A stretch of 64,000 nucleotides of DNA from Chiloscyllium plagiosum (taxonomy: Eukaryota), in assembly GCF_004010195.1 (NCBI RefSeq), contig NC_057755.1:5687474-5751473 (forward strand). The letters run 5' to 3'. This document shows positions 24,301 to 36,411 of the stretch, piece after piece. How positions within the stretch are numbered: position 1 is the first letter of the stretch; every line of letters begins with the position of its first letter. Made by a program: the position numbers and the translations under genes. The notes below the pieces were generated by a model. It was not told the origin of the DNA. It made no database searches and was given only the letters and a program-made list of their open reading frames with translations.

Positions 24301-27300
24301 GGACTGGGGCTGCACGGAGTTAGATACAGAGAAAAGCTCCATCTGAGCTGTTCCCCTCATCAAACACTCCCTGGACAGGGACAGCACGGGGTTAGATAAG
24401 ATTAAAGCTCCCTTTACACTGTCCCCCCATTAAACACTCCCAGGATATGGGCAGCTCGGGGTTAGATACATAGTAAAGCTTGCACTACTCTGTTCCCCCA
24501 TCAAACACTCCCAGGACAGGGGCAGTACGGGGTGACATGCACAGTAAATCTCCCTCTACACTGTCCTCCCATCAAACACTCCCAGGACAGAGACAGCGCG
24601 GGGTTAAATACAGAGTAAAGCTCCCTCCACACTGTGGCCTTATCAAATACTCTCAGAACAGCGACTGCTCGGGGTTAGAAACAGAGTAAAGTTTCCACGA
24701 CACTGTCGCCCCATCAAATACACCCAGGACACGGACAGCATCGTTTTAGATACAGAGAAAAGCTGCCTCTACAGTGTCCCCACCATCAAGCCCTCCCAGA
24801 ACAGAGACTGCATGGCGATAGATACAGAGCAAAGCTCCCTCCACACATTCCGCCTCACACGCTCTCAGGTCAGGGACAGTACGGGGTTTGATACAAAGTA
24901 AAGCTGCCTCTACACACTCCCCCCACCAAACACGCCCTGGACTGGGGCTGCACGGAGTTAGATACAGAGAAAAGCTCCATCTGAGCTGTTCCCCTCATCA
25001 AACACTCCCTGGACAGGGACAGCACGGGGTTAGATAAGATTAAAGCTCCCTTTACACTGTCCCCCCATTAAACACTCCCAGAAACTGGGCAGCTCGGTGT
25101 TAGATACATAGTAAAGCTTGCACTACTCTGTTCCCCCATCAAACACTCCCAGGACAGGGACAGTACGGGGTGACATGCACAGTAAATCTCCCTCTACACT
25201 GTCCTCCCATCAAACACTCCCAGGACAGAGACAGCGCGGTGTTAAATACAGAGTAAAGCTCCCTCAACACTGTGGCCTTATCAAATACTCTCAGCACAGC
25301 GACAGCTCGGGGTTCGAAACAGAGTAAAGTTTCCACGACACTGTCGCCCCATCACATACACCCAGGACACGGACAGCATCGTGTTAGATACAGAGAAAAG
25401 CTGCCTCTACAGTGTCCCCACCATCAAGCCCTCCCAGCACAGAGACTGCATGGCGATAGATACAGAGCAAAGCTCCCTCCACACATTCCGCCTCACACAC
25501 TCTCAGGTCAGGCACAGTACGGGGTTTGATACAAAGTAAAGCTGCCTCTACACACTCCCCCCACCAAACACGCCCTGGACTGGGGCTGCACGGAGTTAGA
25601 TACAGAGAAAAGCTCTCTCGACACAGTCCCCATCACACACTCCCGGGACAGGGACAACACGGGGTTAGATACACAGTAAAGCACCCTCTACGCAGTCCCT
25701 CCACCATACACTCCGAGGACAGGGTCATCAAGGTTCTAGAGACAGAGAAAAGCTACCTCTAAATGTTCCCCCATCAGGTGCGCCCAGGATAGGTACAGCA
25801 AGGGGCTAGACAGAGAGTATATCTACCTCTACAATGTCCCCCCAACAGACCCTCCAAGCACAGAGACTGCACGGGTTTAGATAGAGAGTAAAGCTTCCTC
25901 TACACAGACCCCTTCACGTACTCCCAGGACAGGGACAACCCGGGATTCGGCACAGAGCAAAGCTCTCTCTGCACTTCCACCCAACAAACCCTTACAGGAC
26001 AGCGACAGCACAGGGTTAGATACAGTGTAAAGCTCCCTCTACGCTGTCCCACCCATCAAACAGTCCCAGGACAGGGACAGCACGGGGTTAGATACAGAGT
26101 AAATCTCCATCTACACTGTCCCTATCACACACTCCCAGGACAGGGACAGCATGAGGTTAGACACTGAGTAAAGCTCCCTCTGCACTGCCCCCCATCAAAA
26201 CCCTACAGGACAGCGACAGCACAGGGTTAGGTACAGAGTAAAGATCCCTCTACGCAGTCCCACCCATCAAAATGTCCCAGGACAGGTACAGCAAGGGCTT
26301 AGATACAGAGTAAAGCTCCCTCTCTCCTGTCTCCCCAACAAAACATCCCAGCACAGAAACTGCACAGCGTTAGATACAGAGTAAAGCTCCCTCTACACAG
26401 TCCCCATCACACACTCCCAGGACAGGGACAACACCGGGTTAGAGACAGAGTAAAGCCTCTTCTACATTCTCCCCAGCACACACTTCCAGGACAGGGACAA
26501 CACGGGGTTAGACATAGAGTAAAGCTCCTTCTACGCTGTCCCCTCTTCAAACACTCCCAGGACAGGGACAGCATTGGGTTAGATACAGAGTAAAGCTCAC
26601 TCTCCACTGCCTCCCTCTCAAACCCTCCCAACACAGAGACTGCACGGCGATAGATACAGAGCAAAGCTCCCTCCACACCGTCCCCATCACACTCTCCCAG
26701 GTCAGGCACAGTCCGGGGTTTGATACAAAGTAAAGCTGCCTCTGCACTGTACCCCATCAAACACGCCCTGGACTGGGGCAGCACGGAGTTAGATACAAAG
26801 AAAAGCTCCCTCTGTACTGTCTCCCCATCAAACACTCCCTGGACAGGGACAGCACGGGGTTAGCTAAGATTAAATCTCCCTCTACACTTTTCCCCCATCA
26901 AACACTCCCAGGACAGAGACAGCGCTGGGTTAGATACAGAGTAAAGCTCCCTCCACACTGTGGCCCTATCAAACACACCCAGCACTGGGACTGCACGGGG
27001 TTAGAAACAGAATAAAGCTCTCACTACACTGTCGCCCCGTCAACCATTCCCAGGACATGGACAGCATTGTCTTAGATATAGAGTAATGTGCTCTCTACAC
27101 TGTCCCCCATCAAACAATCCCAGGACAGGGACAGAACGGGGCTAGATACAGAGTAAAACCCACTCTACACTTTCTTCCCATCAAAAACACACAGGACAGG
27201 GAGAGCACGAGGTTAGATATAGAGTAAAGCTCCATCTACATTGTCGCCCCATTAAACACTCCCAGGACAGGGACAGTATGGGGGAAGATACAGAGTAATG

Positions 27301-29714
27301 CTCCCTCTACACTGTCCTCCCATCAAACCCTCCCAACACAGTGACTGCATTGCGTTAGATACAGAGTAAAGCTGCCTCTACACTGTCTTCCCATCAGCTA
27401 CACCCAGAACCGGGACAACATTGTGTTAGATACAGAGTAATGCTCCCTCTACACTGTCCCCCCATCAAACAAGCCCAGTACCGTGACAGCACGGGGTTCG
27501 ATACAGAGTAAAGCTGCCTCCACGCTGTCGCCCCAACAAGCACTCCCAGGACAGGGACAGTACGGGTTTAGATACAGAGTAATGCTCCCTGCACAATGTC
27601 ACCCTATAAAACACTCCCAGGACAGGGACAGCACGGGGTTAGATCCGGTTTAAGGCTCCTCTACACTGTCCCGCCATCAAACACTCCCAGGACAGGGACA
27701 GCCAGGGGTTAGGTACAGAGTAAATCTCCCACTACACTGTTCCCATTACATACTCCCAGGATAGGGACAACACGGGGTTAGACACAGAGCAAAGCTCCCT
27801 CTGCACTGTCCCCCATCAAACGCTTGCTGGATACGAACAGCACAGGGTTAGATGCAGAGTAAAGATCACTTTACTCTGTCGCCTCATCAAAACCTCCCAT
27901 GACAGGGACAACATGGGGTTAGATACAGAGTAAAGCTCCCTATACACTGTGCCCCAATCAAACATTTCCAGGACAGGGACAGCACGGGGTTAGATGTAGA
28001 GTAAAACTCACTCTACACTGTGCCACGATCCAACACTCCCAGGACCGGAACAGCACGGTATTAGGTAAAGCGTAAAGCCTCCTCTACATTGTCCCGCCAT
28101 CAAACACTCCCCAGGACAGGGACAGCAATGTGTTAGATGCAGAGTAAATCTCCCTTTACACAGCCTCCCCATCAAACCCTTCCCACTCAGAGAATGCACG
28201 GCGTTAGATACTGAGGAAAGCTCCTACGACACTGTGCCCCTATCAAACACTCCCAGGGTAGGGACAGCACAGGGATAGATACAGAGTAAAGATCCCTCTA
28301 CATTGTCACCCCATCAAACACTCCCCAGGACAGGGACAGCAATTGGTTAGATACAGAGTAAAGCTACCTCTACAAAGTCTCCCCATCAAACCCTCACAAC
28401 ACAGAGACTGTACGGCATTAGATACAGAGTAAAGGTGCCTCTATACAGTCCTCATCACACACTCTCTGGACAGGCACAGCATGTGGTTAGATACAGTGTA
28501 AAGTTCCTCTACATTGTTCCCCCCCATAAAACACGCCCAGGGCAGTGACAGCACGGGGTTAGCTACAGAATAAAGCTGCCTCTACACTGTCACCACAACG
28601 AACACTCCCAGGACAGGGACAGTACGGGGTTAGCTGAAGAGTAATGCTCCCTCTACAATGTCCCTCCATCAAACACTCCCAGGACAGGGACAGTACGGGG
28701 TTCGATACAGAGTTAAGCTCCCTCTACACTGTGGCCCTATAAAACACTCCCAGGAGAGAGACAGCACGGGGTTAGATACAGAGTAAAGCATCCTCTACAC
28801 TGTCCCGCCATCAAACACTCCCAGGACAGGGACAGCACGGGTTTAAATACAGAGTAAAGCTCTCTCTACACTGTCCCCAATCAAACACTCCCAGGGCAGG
28901 GACAGCATGGGGTTAGATACAGAGTAAAGATCCCTCTACACTGTTCCCTCATCAAATACTCCCAGGACCGGGACAGCATGGGGTTAGATACAGAGTAAAG
29001 CCTCCTCGACACTTTCTCCCCATCAAAAACACACAGGACAGGGACAGCACGGGCTTCGATACAGAATAAAGTTCCCTCTGCACTGTCGCTCCATCAAACA
29101 CTCCCCGGACAGGGACAGTACGGTGGTAGGTACAGAGTAATGCCCCAGCTACATTGTCTCCCCATCAAACACCCCAGGACAGGAACAGCACGGGGATAGA
29201 TACACAGTAAAGCTCCTTCTACACTGTGGCCCTATCAAACACTCCCAGGAGAGGGACAGCACGGTGTTAGCTACAGACTAAAGCTCCCTCTACATTGTCT
29301 CCCCGAATTCAAACACTCCCGAGGAAAGGGACAGGACGGGGTTAGATACAGAGTAAAGCCTCCTCTACACTGTCCCCATCAAACACTCCCAGGACAAGGA
29401 CAGCACGGGGTTAGATGCAGAGTAAAACCACCTCTACACTGTGACCCTATCAAACACTCCCAGGATAGGGACAGAACTGGGTTGGTGCAGAGTAAACCTC
29501 CCTCTGCATTGTCCCCCCATCAAAAACTCACCAGGACAGGGACAGCAATGGGTTGATACATAGAAAAGCTCCCTCTACACTGTCTCCCCATTACACCCTC
29601 CAATCACAGAGACTGCACGGCGTTAAATGTAGAGTAAATCTACCTCTGCACAATCCCCATCACACTCTCTCAGGACAGGGACAACATTGGGTTAGATAAA
29701 AAGGAAAGCACCCT
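21302..29714. repeat. Satellite array, ~69-71-bp unit (GGACAGGGACAGCACGGGGTTAGATACAGAGTAAAGCTCCCTCTACACTGTCCCCATCAAACACTCCCA), ~120 copies
   Basis: Direct periodicity over 8.4 kb, with higher-order blocks. Confidence 0.97.
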
Positions 29715-30331
29715 CTTCCACTTCCCGCTCCTCCGCCCTTGAGCCCCGCCCGTCCAACCAACACCAGGACAGAACCCCACTGGTCCTCACCTATCACCCC
29801 ACCAACCTCCATATACAGCGTATTATCCGCCGTCATCTCCCCTCCCCTATCAGCGTTACGAAACGACCACTCCCTCCGTGACTCCCTCGTCAGGTCCACA
29901 CCCCCCACCAACACAACCTCCACTCCCGGCACCTTCCCCTGCACCATAGCAACATGACGGTTGGAGGAAGAACGCCTCATCTTCCGCCTCGGAATCCTCC
30001 AACCGTAAGGGATTAACTCAGATTTCTCCAGTTTCCTCATTTCCCCTCCCCCCACCTTGTCTCAGTCAAATCCCTCGAACTCAGCACCGACTTCCTAACC
30101 TGCAATCTTCCTCCCGACCTCTCCGCCCCCACTTCTACTCTGGCCTATCACCCTCATCTAGACCTCCTTCCACCTATCGCATTCCCAACGCCCCTCCTCC
30201 TTACCTTTTATCTTAGCCTGGTGGATACACTTTCTTCATTCCTGAAGAAGGGCTCATGCCCGAAACGTCGATTCTCCTGCTCCTTGGGTGCTGCCTGACA
30301 TGCTGTGCTTTTCCAGCAACACATTTTCAGT
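29715..30331 (+). mobile_element. Penelope-like retroelement, internally deleted 3' portion
   Basis: Peptides RTPLVLTYHPTNLHIQRIIRRH, DHSLRDSLVRS..PGTFPC and RLEEERLIFRLGILQP*GIN match the linker and GIY-YIG C-terminus of Penelope ORFs. A pyrimidine-rich 3' region with a hammerhead motif follows. Confidence 0.85.
30238..30273 (+). ncRNA. Minimal type I hammerhead ribozyme motif, intact core
   Basis: CTGAAGA (30242-48), A, stem II GGGC/GCCC with TCAT loop, GAAA (30262-65), CG, TC. Weak stem I attc/gatt. Confidence 0.75.
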
Positions 30332-30631
30332 TCAGAGAAACCTGGAACACTTCTGTCAACAACTCTGCCATTTGTTCCTGTTACTGTCTCAAACTAGGCT
30401 GAATCCCATTTGGGTCTGGTGCCTTCTTTAGCTGAGTTTCTGCCTGCCTTTTTATTACTGCTTATTTATCTCCCATTATACTGCTCAGATGCTGAACACG
30501 AAGTCAGTAAAGACAGATTGAAAATATACTTTTAGTAACTCTGCCATATCTTTAGCTTCAGTGAGAAAATTTCGCTGTTTGGACCCCATTCTATTCTTCA
30601 AAGAGCTTTTATAATTAACCCACTAATATAT

Positions 30632-31107
30632 TGTTTTAAAAAATTCTCAAGGTCAAGGACCAGGCTCGCAGGAAAGTAGTCTGACACAGAACAAACAGCC
30701 AAGAGGCGAGTCTGCTAGAATATAGTTTTATTCCCCGCAGTGTCCCCACAACCAGTCTCGTACTTACAACGGGTCTGGCTTATACTCACTCTACATGTTA
30801 CCAAAACTGGGAGCCGTCAGTTCTCGTAGAGCGGTTGCCAACAACCCACGCTCGGCGGTTAAACGTAACCCCGGAGCAGACTCTACCGAACTGGAGACTT
30901 CTCCAGCTGATATACCCTTTTCCAGATATAAACATTCATGTGAACAGCAGAGCAAGGCTAAAAAACACATTCCATTCTGGTTACATACAGATAAGAAGAT
31001 TCACACGGGAAGGTGTATAACAAGATTCACACGGGACCAAGCGACACCTTCCATTTTCGGTTAGATTCACACATGTATTGGGACACAATTTTAACCCTTT
31101 CACCACA
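30632..31107 (-). mobile_element. Solo LTR (476 bp)
   Basis: TG...CA ends flanked by TATAT on both sides (30627-31, 31108-12). On the minus strand: three agattcacac repeats, TATA-like sequence at ~30910-30933, then AATAAA at ~30727-32. CpG-rich relative to flanks. Confidence 0.75.
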
Positions 31108-31789
31108 TATATGCTTAAAACTGAAAGCTAATGAATCATCATTTTCTGAAGAATTTATCTCAAGTTCAGTGATGGATCCGGATGGTCAGTGACAACAAAA
31201 GGGAGATCTTTGGTGTATCTGGATCTTCCCTCAGGAAAGGCAGTATGTTCGCCTCACTTTGTCCTTCCTGTGACTCCAGATACTGAGAAATTGGGCATGA
31301 GGAGTAAGTACTGATCTCGGCAGCAATGCCCACATTCAATGTGTGAGAAGATTCACATTTCAAACAATGAGCGAAATGTTCTTGTTTACAGCCGACAGCT
31401 CCAACCGTAAGTACAGAAGGACAGCTCTGAGATATATTTTCACACTTGGAATGAACTGTCTTGATGCAGCATTGGTTGAAACAATTTGTGATCTCGGCAT
31501 GGGCCTCATAGTGTTTGAGTGGACAGCATTATTTCCGGTGGTTTCCAGATACTTATTACGATACTGAGCAGCAATGCTCCTTCATAATTTAGATTAAAAT
31601 CGCTAAGGTAATTAGTTTGCTCTTAGGCAGAAGTTTCAAAACAATAACGAAGTTGAGCAATTCTGCAATTTGATCTCCCCAAGGAGCTTCCATACAGTAC
31701 AAGGCAACGTCTCTGGGAATTCAGCAGCTCAGAGTTTCAACAAGGAACTTGTCAGTTACCTGAAGGGACAGGTAACATCGCACTGAAAA

Positions 31790-34140
31790 ATGCATCGGCC
31801 TATTGATCAAGTGGAGAATGTGTTGGACACCATCCATGCTACGATTGGCATCCCTGGTAAGGCTTTATGACAACTGAACTTTAAAATCTGCTGCTGAACA
31901 GCTGTCTATCTTTAACGATTGAACAATAGCATGTTCAGCTCACTGAGTGGTCAGCTTTAACCAGTCACCGGAAACTCGAGAGTAATTCACCAATCAGCAA
32001 TCTAGGTACAATTCCCCACTGACAGAGGCTCCCAACTTCACTCTTACCACAGCATTCTCTGATCTCAATGCTTCTTCATCAACCAGTTTGAAGGTATGAG
32101 GAGAGATCGGTTCTGAAATAGGGTCACTGGACCCGAAACGTTAACCCTGCTTTCTCTCGCACAGCTGCTGCCAGACCTGTTGAGCAATTGTGTATTCGAT
32201 ATGAAAAGGAGGTCAAGTTTCATTCGAATTTTAAGGATAAAAGTGATTTCAGCAAAGTCCGACAAGATGTTCGACAAATCAATGAGAAAGATTGACTATT
32301 TCCACTGGTTGAAATGAGCGTTCTTCTCGAAAAGAGAGCATCTTCTGAGGATGAGACCCAGAGCGTTCAGAAAGGATTTTGGGAACATATCTACTCACAA
32401 ATGGTGGGAGTGGATAAGAACGCTCTTCCATAAATGGGAGTGGATGCTGGATCAGTTGAGGGATATGCACCACTTTTTTACTTACATAGCTTCAGATAAC
32501 TACCATCTCTCCTCCTTACCGTCTCAGTTCAGCACTTCCAAATCCTGACAGATGCCATTCTGATTCCTCCATGTTGAGACATTTAACATGAACCGATGTG
32601 TAAATTTGCTGTGCAAATATTTGCAGTCCAGACACTCTCACATTGTCACTAAGGAAGCCCTGCGCACTCTGCTATGCTACACCTGAGTAACAAAAATGTA
32701 TTTTTTAGAAATCTTATGCAACGTCTGACGACCTGCTTCAGGTCTGTTGTGGCCCCAATCAGAATTTGGTTCAGTGCTAAGAGCAGGGGATAACCTTATC
32801 CAAGCAGAATGGGGGATGTTGGTTTATCAACAGTCCAATCTGCAGTCCAGTTACCATTCCAAAGTTGAGCTGGGAACGACGGTTCTAAGTGGGGGGACGG
32901 GCTTCCACGCTTGTCGGAAGAGCTGAGAACTGTAAGAATCTATTACACTCATTGAAATAGTGATTTTGCCAAAAAAATAAATTTACAGACTTGTTTCTGC
33001 TCTCATACGCGGACTGCAAATTCTATCTCTCTCTGAACTCCACCATGTCTGCAGTTATTGCACTGCAGGAAAATGTGGTTGAGTGTGAATGTCTTAATCT
33101 TCAAAGTCACTCAAGTACAACCATTTCCACTCACGTAGTCCACTGTTTTGTTGGTAAAATCTTATTGTTATTCTCTGCAAGAGGCAGGGGGAGTTTCTGA
33201 TCATTAATCCACTGCGTCTTGTCCCATTTGGCTTCCACAGTTAATTTCCTGGCAATTGCTGTACTTGCCTGGGGAAAATGCGGTGTTTTTCCTTGCACTA
33301 CTCGATACCTGGTGTTTTTGGCTGCTGCGGATCTGATAGTCATTATCACTGAGATTGTACTGAAGAGTTTACGCTATTATTAATACCCACGGTCTTTCCT
33401 GGACATCAATCCTGTATGCAGTGCTACTGGGGTCGTCTCTCATGCAGCCAGGGACTGCTCTGCCTGGTTCACCGCCACTTTCTCTTTTGACCGATTTGTG
33501 AACATTTGTTTTCAGAAGCTGAAAGTAAAATACTGCTCTGTGAAAACTGCGACAGTGTTTCTTGCAACGACGTGCACCCTGTTCTGTTTGAAAAATATAC
33601 CCTTCTATTTTCAATATGAGCCTCGGAATATAATCAATAATGTTCCATTCTATTTCAGTACGAAGTCAAGCTATTTTACTGAGATTTGTGGGGTGGCATT
33701 AGATTGGCTTGATACAACTGTAACCCCTTTATTGCCATTCGCTTTAATTCTGTTTCTCAATTCTCTGACAGTCAGACATATTATAGTGACCAGCCGAGTC
33801 CGGAAGAGACTGAAGTGTGAGAGCAAAGGAGAGAATCGCAGAGACTCAGAGATGGAGAGCAGAAGGAAATCTATGATTTTGCTCTTCATCATATCTGGGA
33901 GCTTCATCCTCCTGTGGTTAATCGCTGTTGTAGATTTCTAGTATTATGCTATTCAAGGAATACATCCTGATAGTTATTCGCCTTTCTCAATCACTTAATC
34001 AAATTTGCAGAACCTGAATTGTTGCACAAACGCATTAGTTTATGCAGCAACATTGCCTAGGTTCAGAGTGAAGATCATCAACGCGGGAAAATACCTGTTT
34101 ACACGACTTTCTTGTTTTACAAAGAAAAAAAAACTCCACA
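31790..34140 (+). pseudogene. GPR139/GPR142-like GPCR pseudogene (exon 1 31790-31856, exon 2 from 33241)
   Basis: Exon 1 MHRPIDQVENVLDTIHATIGIP followed by GTAAGG, acceptor ttccacag at 33240. Exon 2 has AAADL, FSFDRFV, PFALILFLN, EMESRRKS and CCTNALVY in one frame, with stops at 33381, 33939 and 33996. Confidence 0.9.
32105..32195 (+). mobile_element. Penelope-like terminal fragment (second family) with hammerhead motif
   Basis: ggtt-CTGAAAT-A-GGGTC-ACTG-GACCC-GAAA-CG-TT-aacc, followed by gctgccagacctgttgag. Confidence 0.7.
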
Positions 34141-34184
34141 CTGATGACCACAGGAGGATTCCATTGTTTTCAAACCATGGTACT

Positions 34185-34730
34185 TTTTTATTCACTCATG
34201 GGATATTGGCATCACTGACGGAGTCATCGTTTACTGCCTGTCACCTGTTTCCCCTTGAGAACGTGGTGGTGAGCTGCCTTCTTGAATTGCTGCAGTCTGT
34301 TTGCTTTGAGTTGATTCATAAGGCCCTTAGGGAGTGGTTTCCAGAATTCTGACCCAGCAACGATGAAGGAACGGTGATGTATTTTCAGGTGAAGAGGGTG
34401 ATTGGCTTGGAGAGAAATTAGCAAGGGGTAATGTTCTCATGTGTCTGTTGCCCTTGTCCTTCTAAATGGAAGTGTTCATGAGTTTGGAAATTTCAATCTT
34501 AAGATCTTTGTTGAATTTCTGTGATACACCTTGTAAATGGTACACGCTGCTGCTAAAGAGCATCAGTGGTGAAGAGAGTGGATGCGTGTGGATGTGGTGC
34601 CTATCAAGTGCCAGCTCTCTTGACTATTTGTTGGTGCAGAACCCAGTAAGTCAAGTGGGGAGTGCTCCATTACATCCTGACAGACTATAGGAGCAGGACG
34701 AGAGTTGAGCTGGCAACAGATTGATTCCCT
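34185..34730 (-). mobile_element. L2/CR1-like LINE 3' end, immediately after the pseudogene
   Basis: Minus ORF fragment SEFWKPLP...LQQFKKAAHHHVLKG. Tail reads tttttattcactcatgggat on the + strand. Confidence 0.7.
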
Positions 34731-35164
34731 ATTGTCACACAATCCAAAGTAACTGTTTCGGAAAGGGAATTTTCTGCTGGGTGACAGCTTGTAACTTTAT
34801 GCAAGTCTCCATCAAAATCAAATTCTTTGGAGGGTTCTGATGAAATTAAATGGATTAGTTAATCAGCAAATAGTCCAATTCAACGGACCCAATGCTAATT
34901 TCACAATCAGCCAATTACAAGCTGGTTCGATGTGATGAATTGTGGTGGACAATCACATAACATTTTCAGAACTTACCTACCAAGTAAAAGATTGCAAATG
35001 ACTGCACTTCCTATTTTTCAACATCAAACATGACAATTGCAATGGACTGCTACTCCAGTGCAGTCTAATAAGAAACTTCCTGTCATGGGGAGCAGAGCTA
35101 AAATAGTGCAACGAAACTCTCTTGTGTTGAAAGTGATACAACACTACCCTCTGCTGGTAACGTG

Positions 35165-36155
35165 ACAATGGCAGCCAGTGACAAGACGTGTTTTGCAAGG
35201 CTCAATGTTAGGACCTCATCTTTCTGTTTTATACATTAGTGGTCTAGATGAAGAAGTTGAGGGCATTCTGTCCATGTTTGCAGATGATACAAAGATAAGG
35301 GAATGGATAGGTAGTATTGAGGAGGTGGAGAGAATTTGTACAAGTTAGGAGAGTAGGCACAGAAGTGGCAGAAGAAGTACAACGTGGGAAAGTATGAGGT
35401 CATACACTTTTGTAGGAAGAATAGAAGAAATCCTAACTGGGGAGAAAATTCAGAAGGTTGAAGCACAAAGAGGTTGGGGAGATCTATTCGAGGATTCTCT
35501 CAAGGTAAACTTGTAGGTTGAGACAGTAGTCAGGAACCCAAACGCAATAAAGGCATTTATTTTGAGAGGATTTGAATATGAAAGCAGCGATATACGCTTG
35601 AGGCTCCATAAAACTTGTCAGATCACGTTTAGAATTCTATGCTAAGGTTTGGGCCCCAAATCTCAGGTAGCTTGTACTGGCCCTGGAGCGTGTTCCGAGT
35701 AAGTTCATGAGAATTTGAGGAATGTTTAATGACTCTGGAACTATACTCAATAGAGTTTAGAAGGATGAGGGAGGGAGTGTAGAGCTAATTGAAACTTACA
35801 GAATAATGCATGTTGTAGACGTTGGGAAAATAACTCCACTGGTAGGCGACGCGAGGGACCGAGGTCATATCCTCATAAGGAAGAGAAGACGTTTGCAAAC
35901 GGATGCAAGCAGAAGCTTCGTCATCCAGAGAGTCGTGAATCTATAGAATTCACTGCCACAGAAGGCTATGAAGGTCAGGTGTTTGAGTGTATTTAACACT
36001 GAAATAGATCGGTTCTCGATTGTCAAGGGGATCAATGGTAACGTGGAAAGCATGAGAAAAAAGGGTTGAGAAATGTTTCAGCTATGATTGATTGACGGAG
36101 CAGATTCGATGGGCTGAATGGCCAAATTTCTGCTCCTATGTCTATGGTCTTATGG
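35165..36155 (+). mobile_element. Decayed CR1 3' half
   Basis: QGSMLGP, MFADDTKI and QRVVNL. Tail is cctatgtctatggtcttatgg. Confidence 0.85.
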
Positions 36156-36254
36156 CTGGAGGAGGATGAGATCTCTCAAGGATTCAGTCACAGAAATAGT
36201 GGGTGGGCGGCTGCACACCCACCCATACAAACTGACAGTATCATTAAATCTGAC

Positions 36255-36411
36255 AGATGGATAGACAAATAGACAGACAAACACGCACGCATGCATGCAC
36301 ACACACATACACACACAGACATACACACAAACAGACACACACATACACATACCCACACAAAAGTACACCCAGACAGGCACACACACATGCACACACAAAC
36401 ACACACAAACC
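36255..36411. repeat. Imperfect (CA)n microsatellite
   Basis: Seen directly. Confidence 0.9.

Noticed and set aside
21302..29714. CRISPR-like regular repeats
   Set aside because: Whole units are repeated with no unique spacers, there are no cas genes, and the context is vertebrate. The same applies to the 33- and 38-bp arrays.
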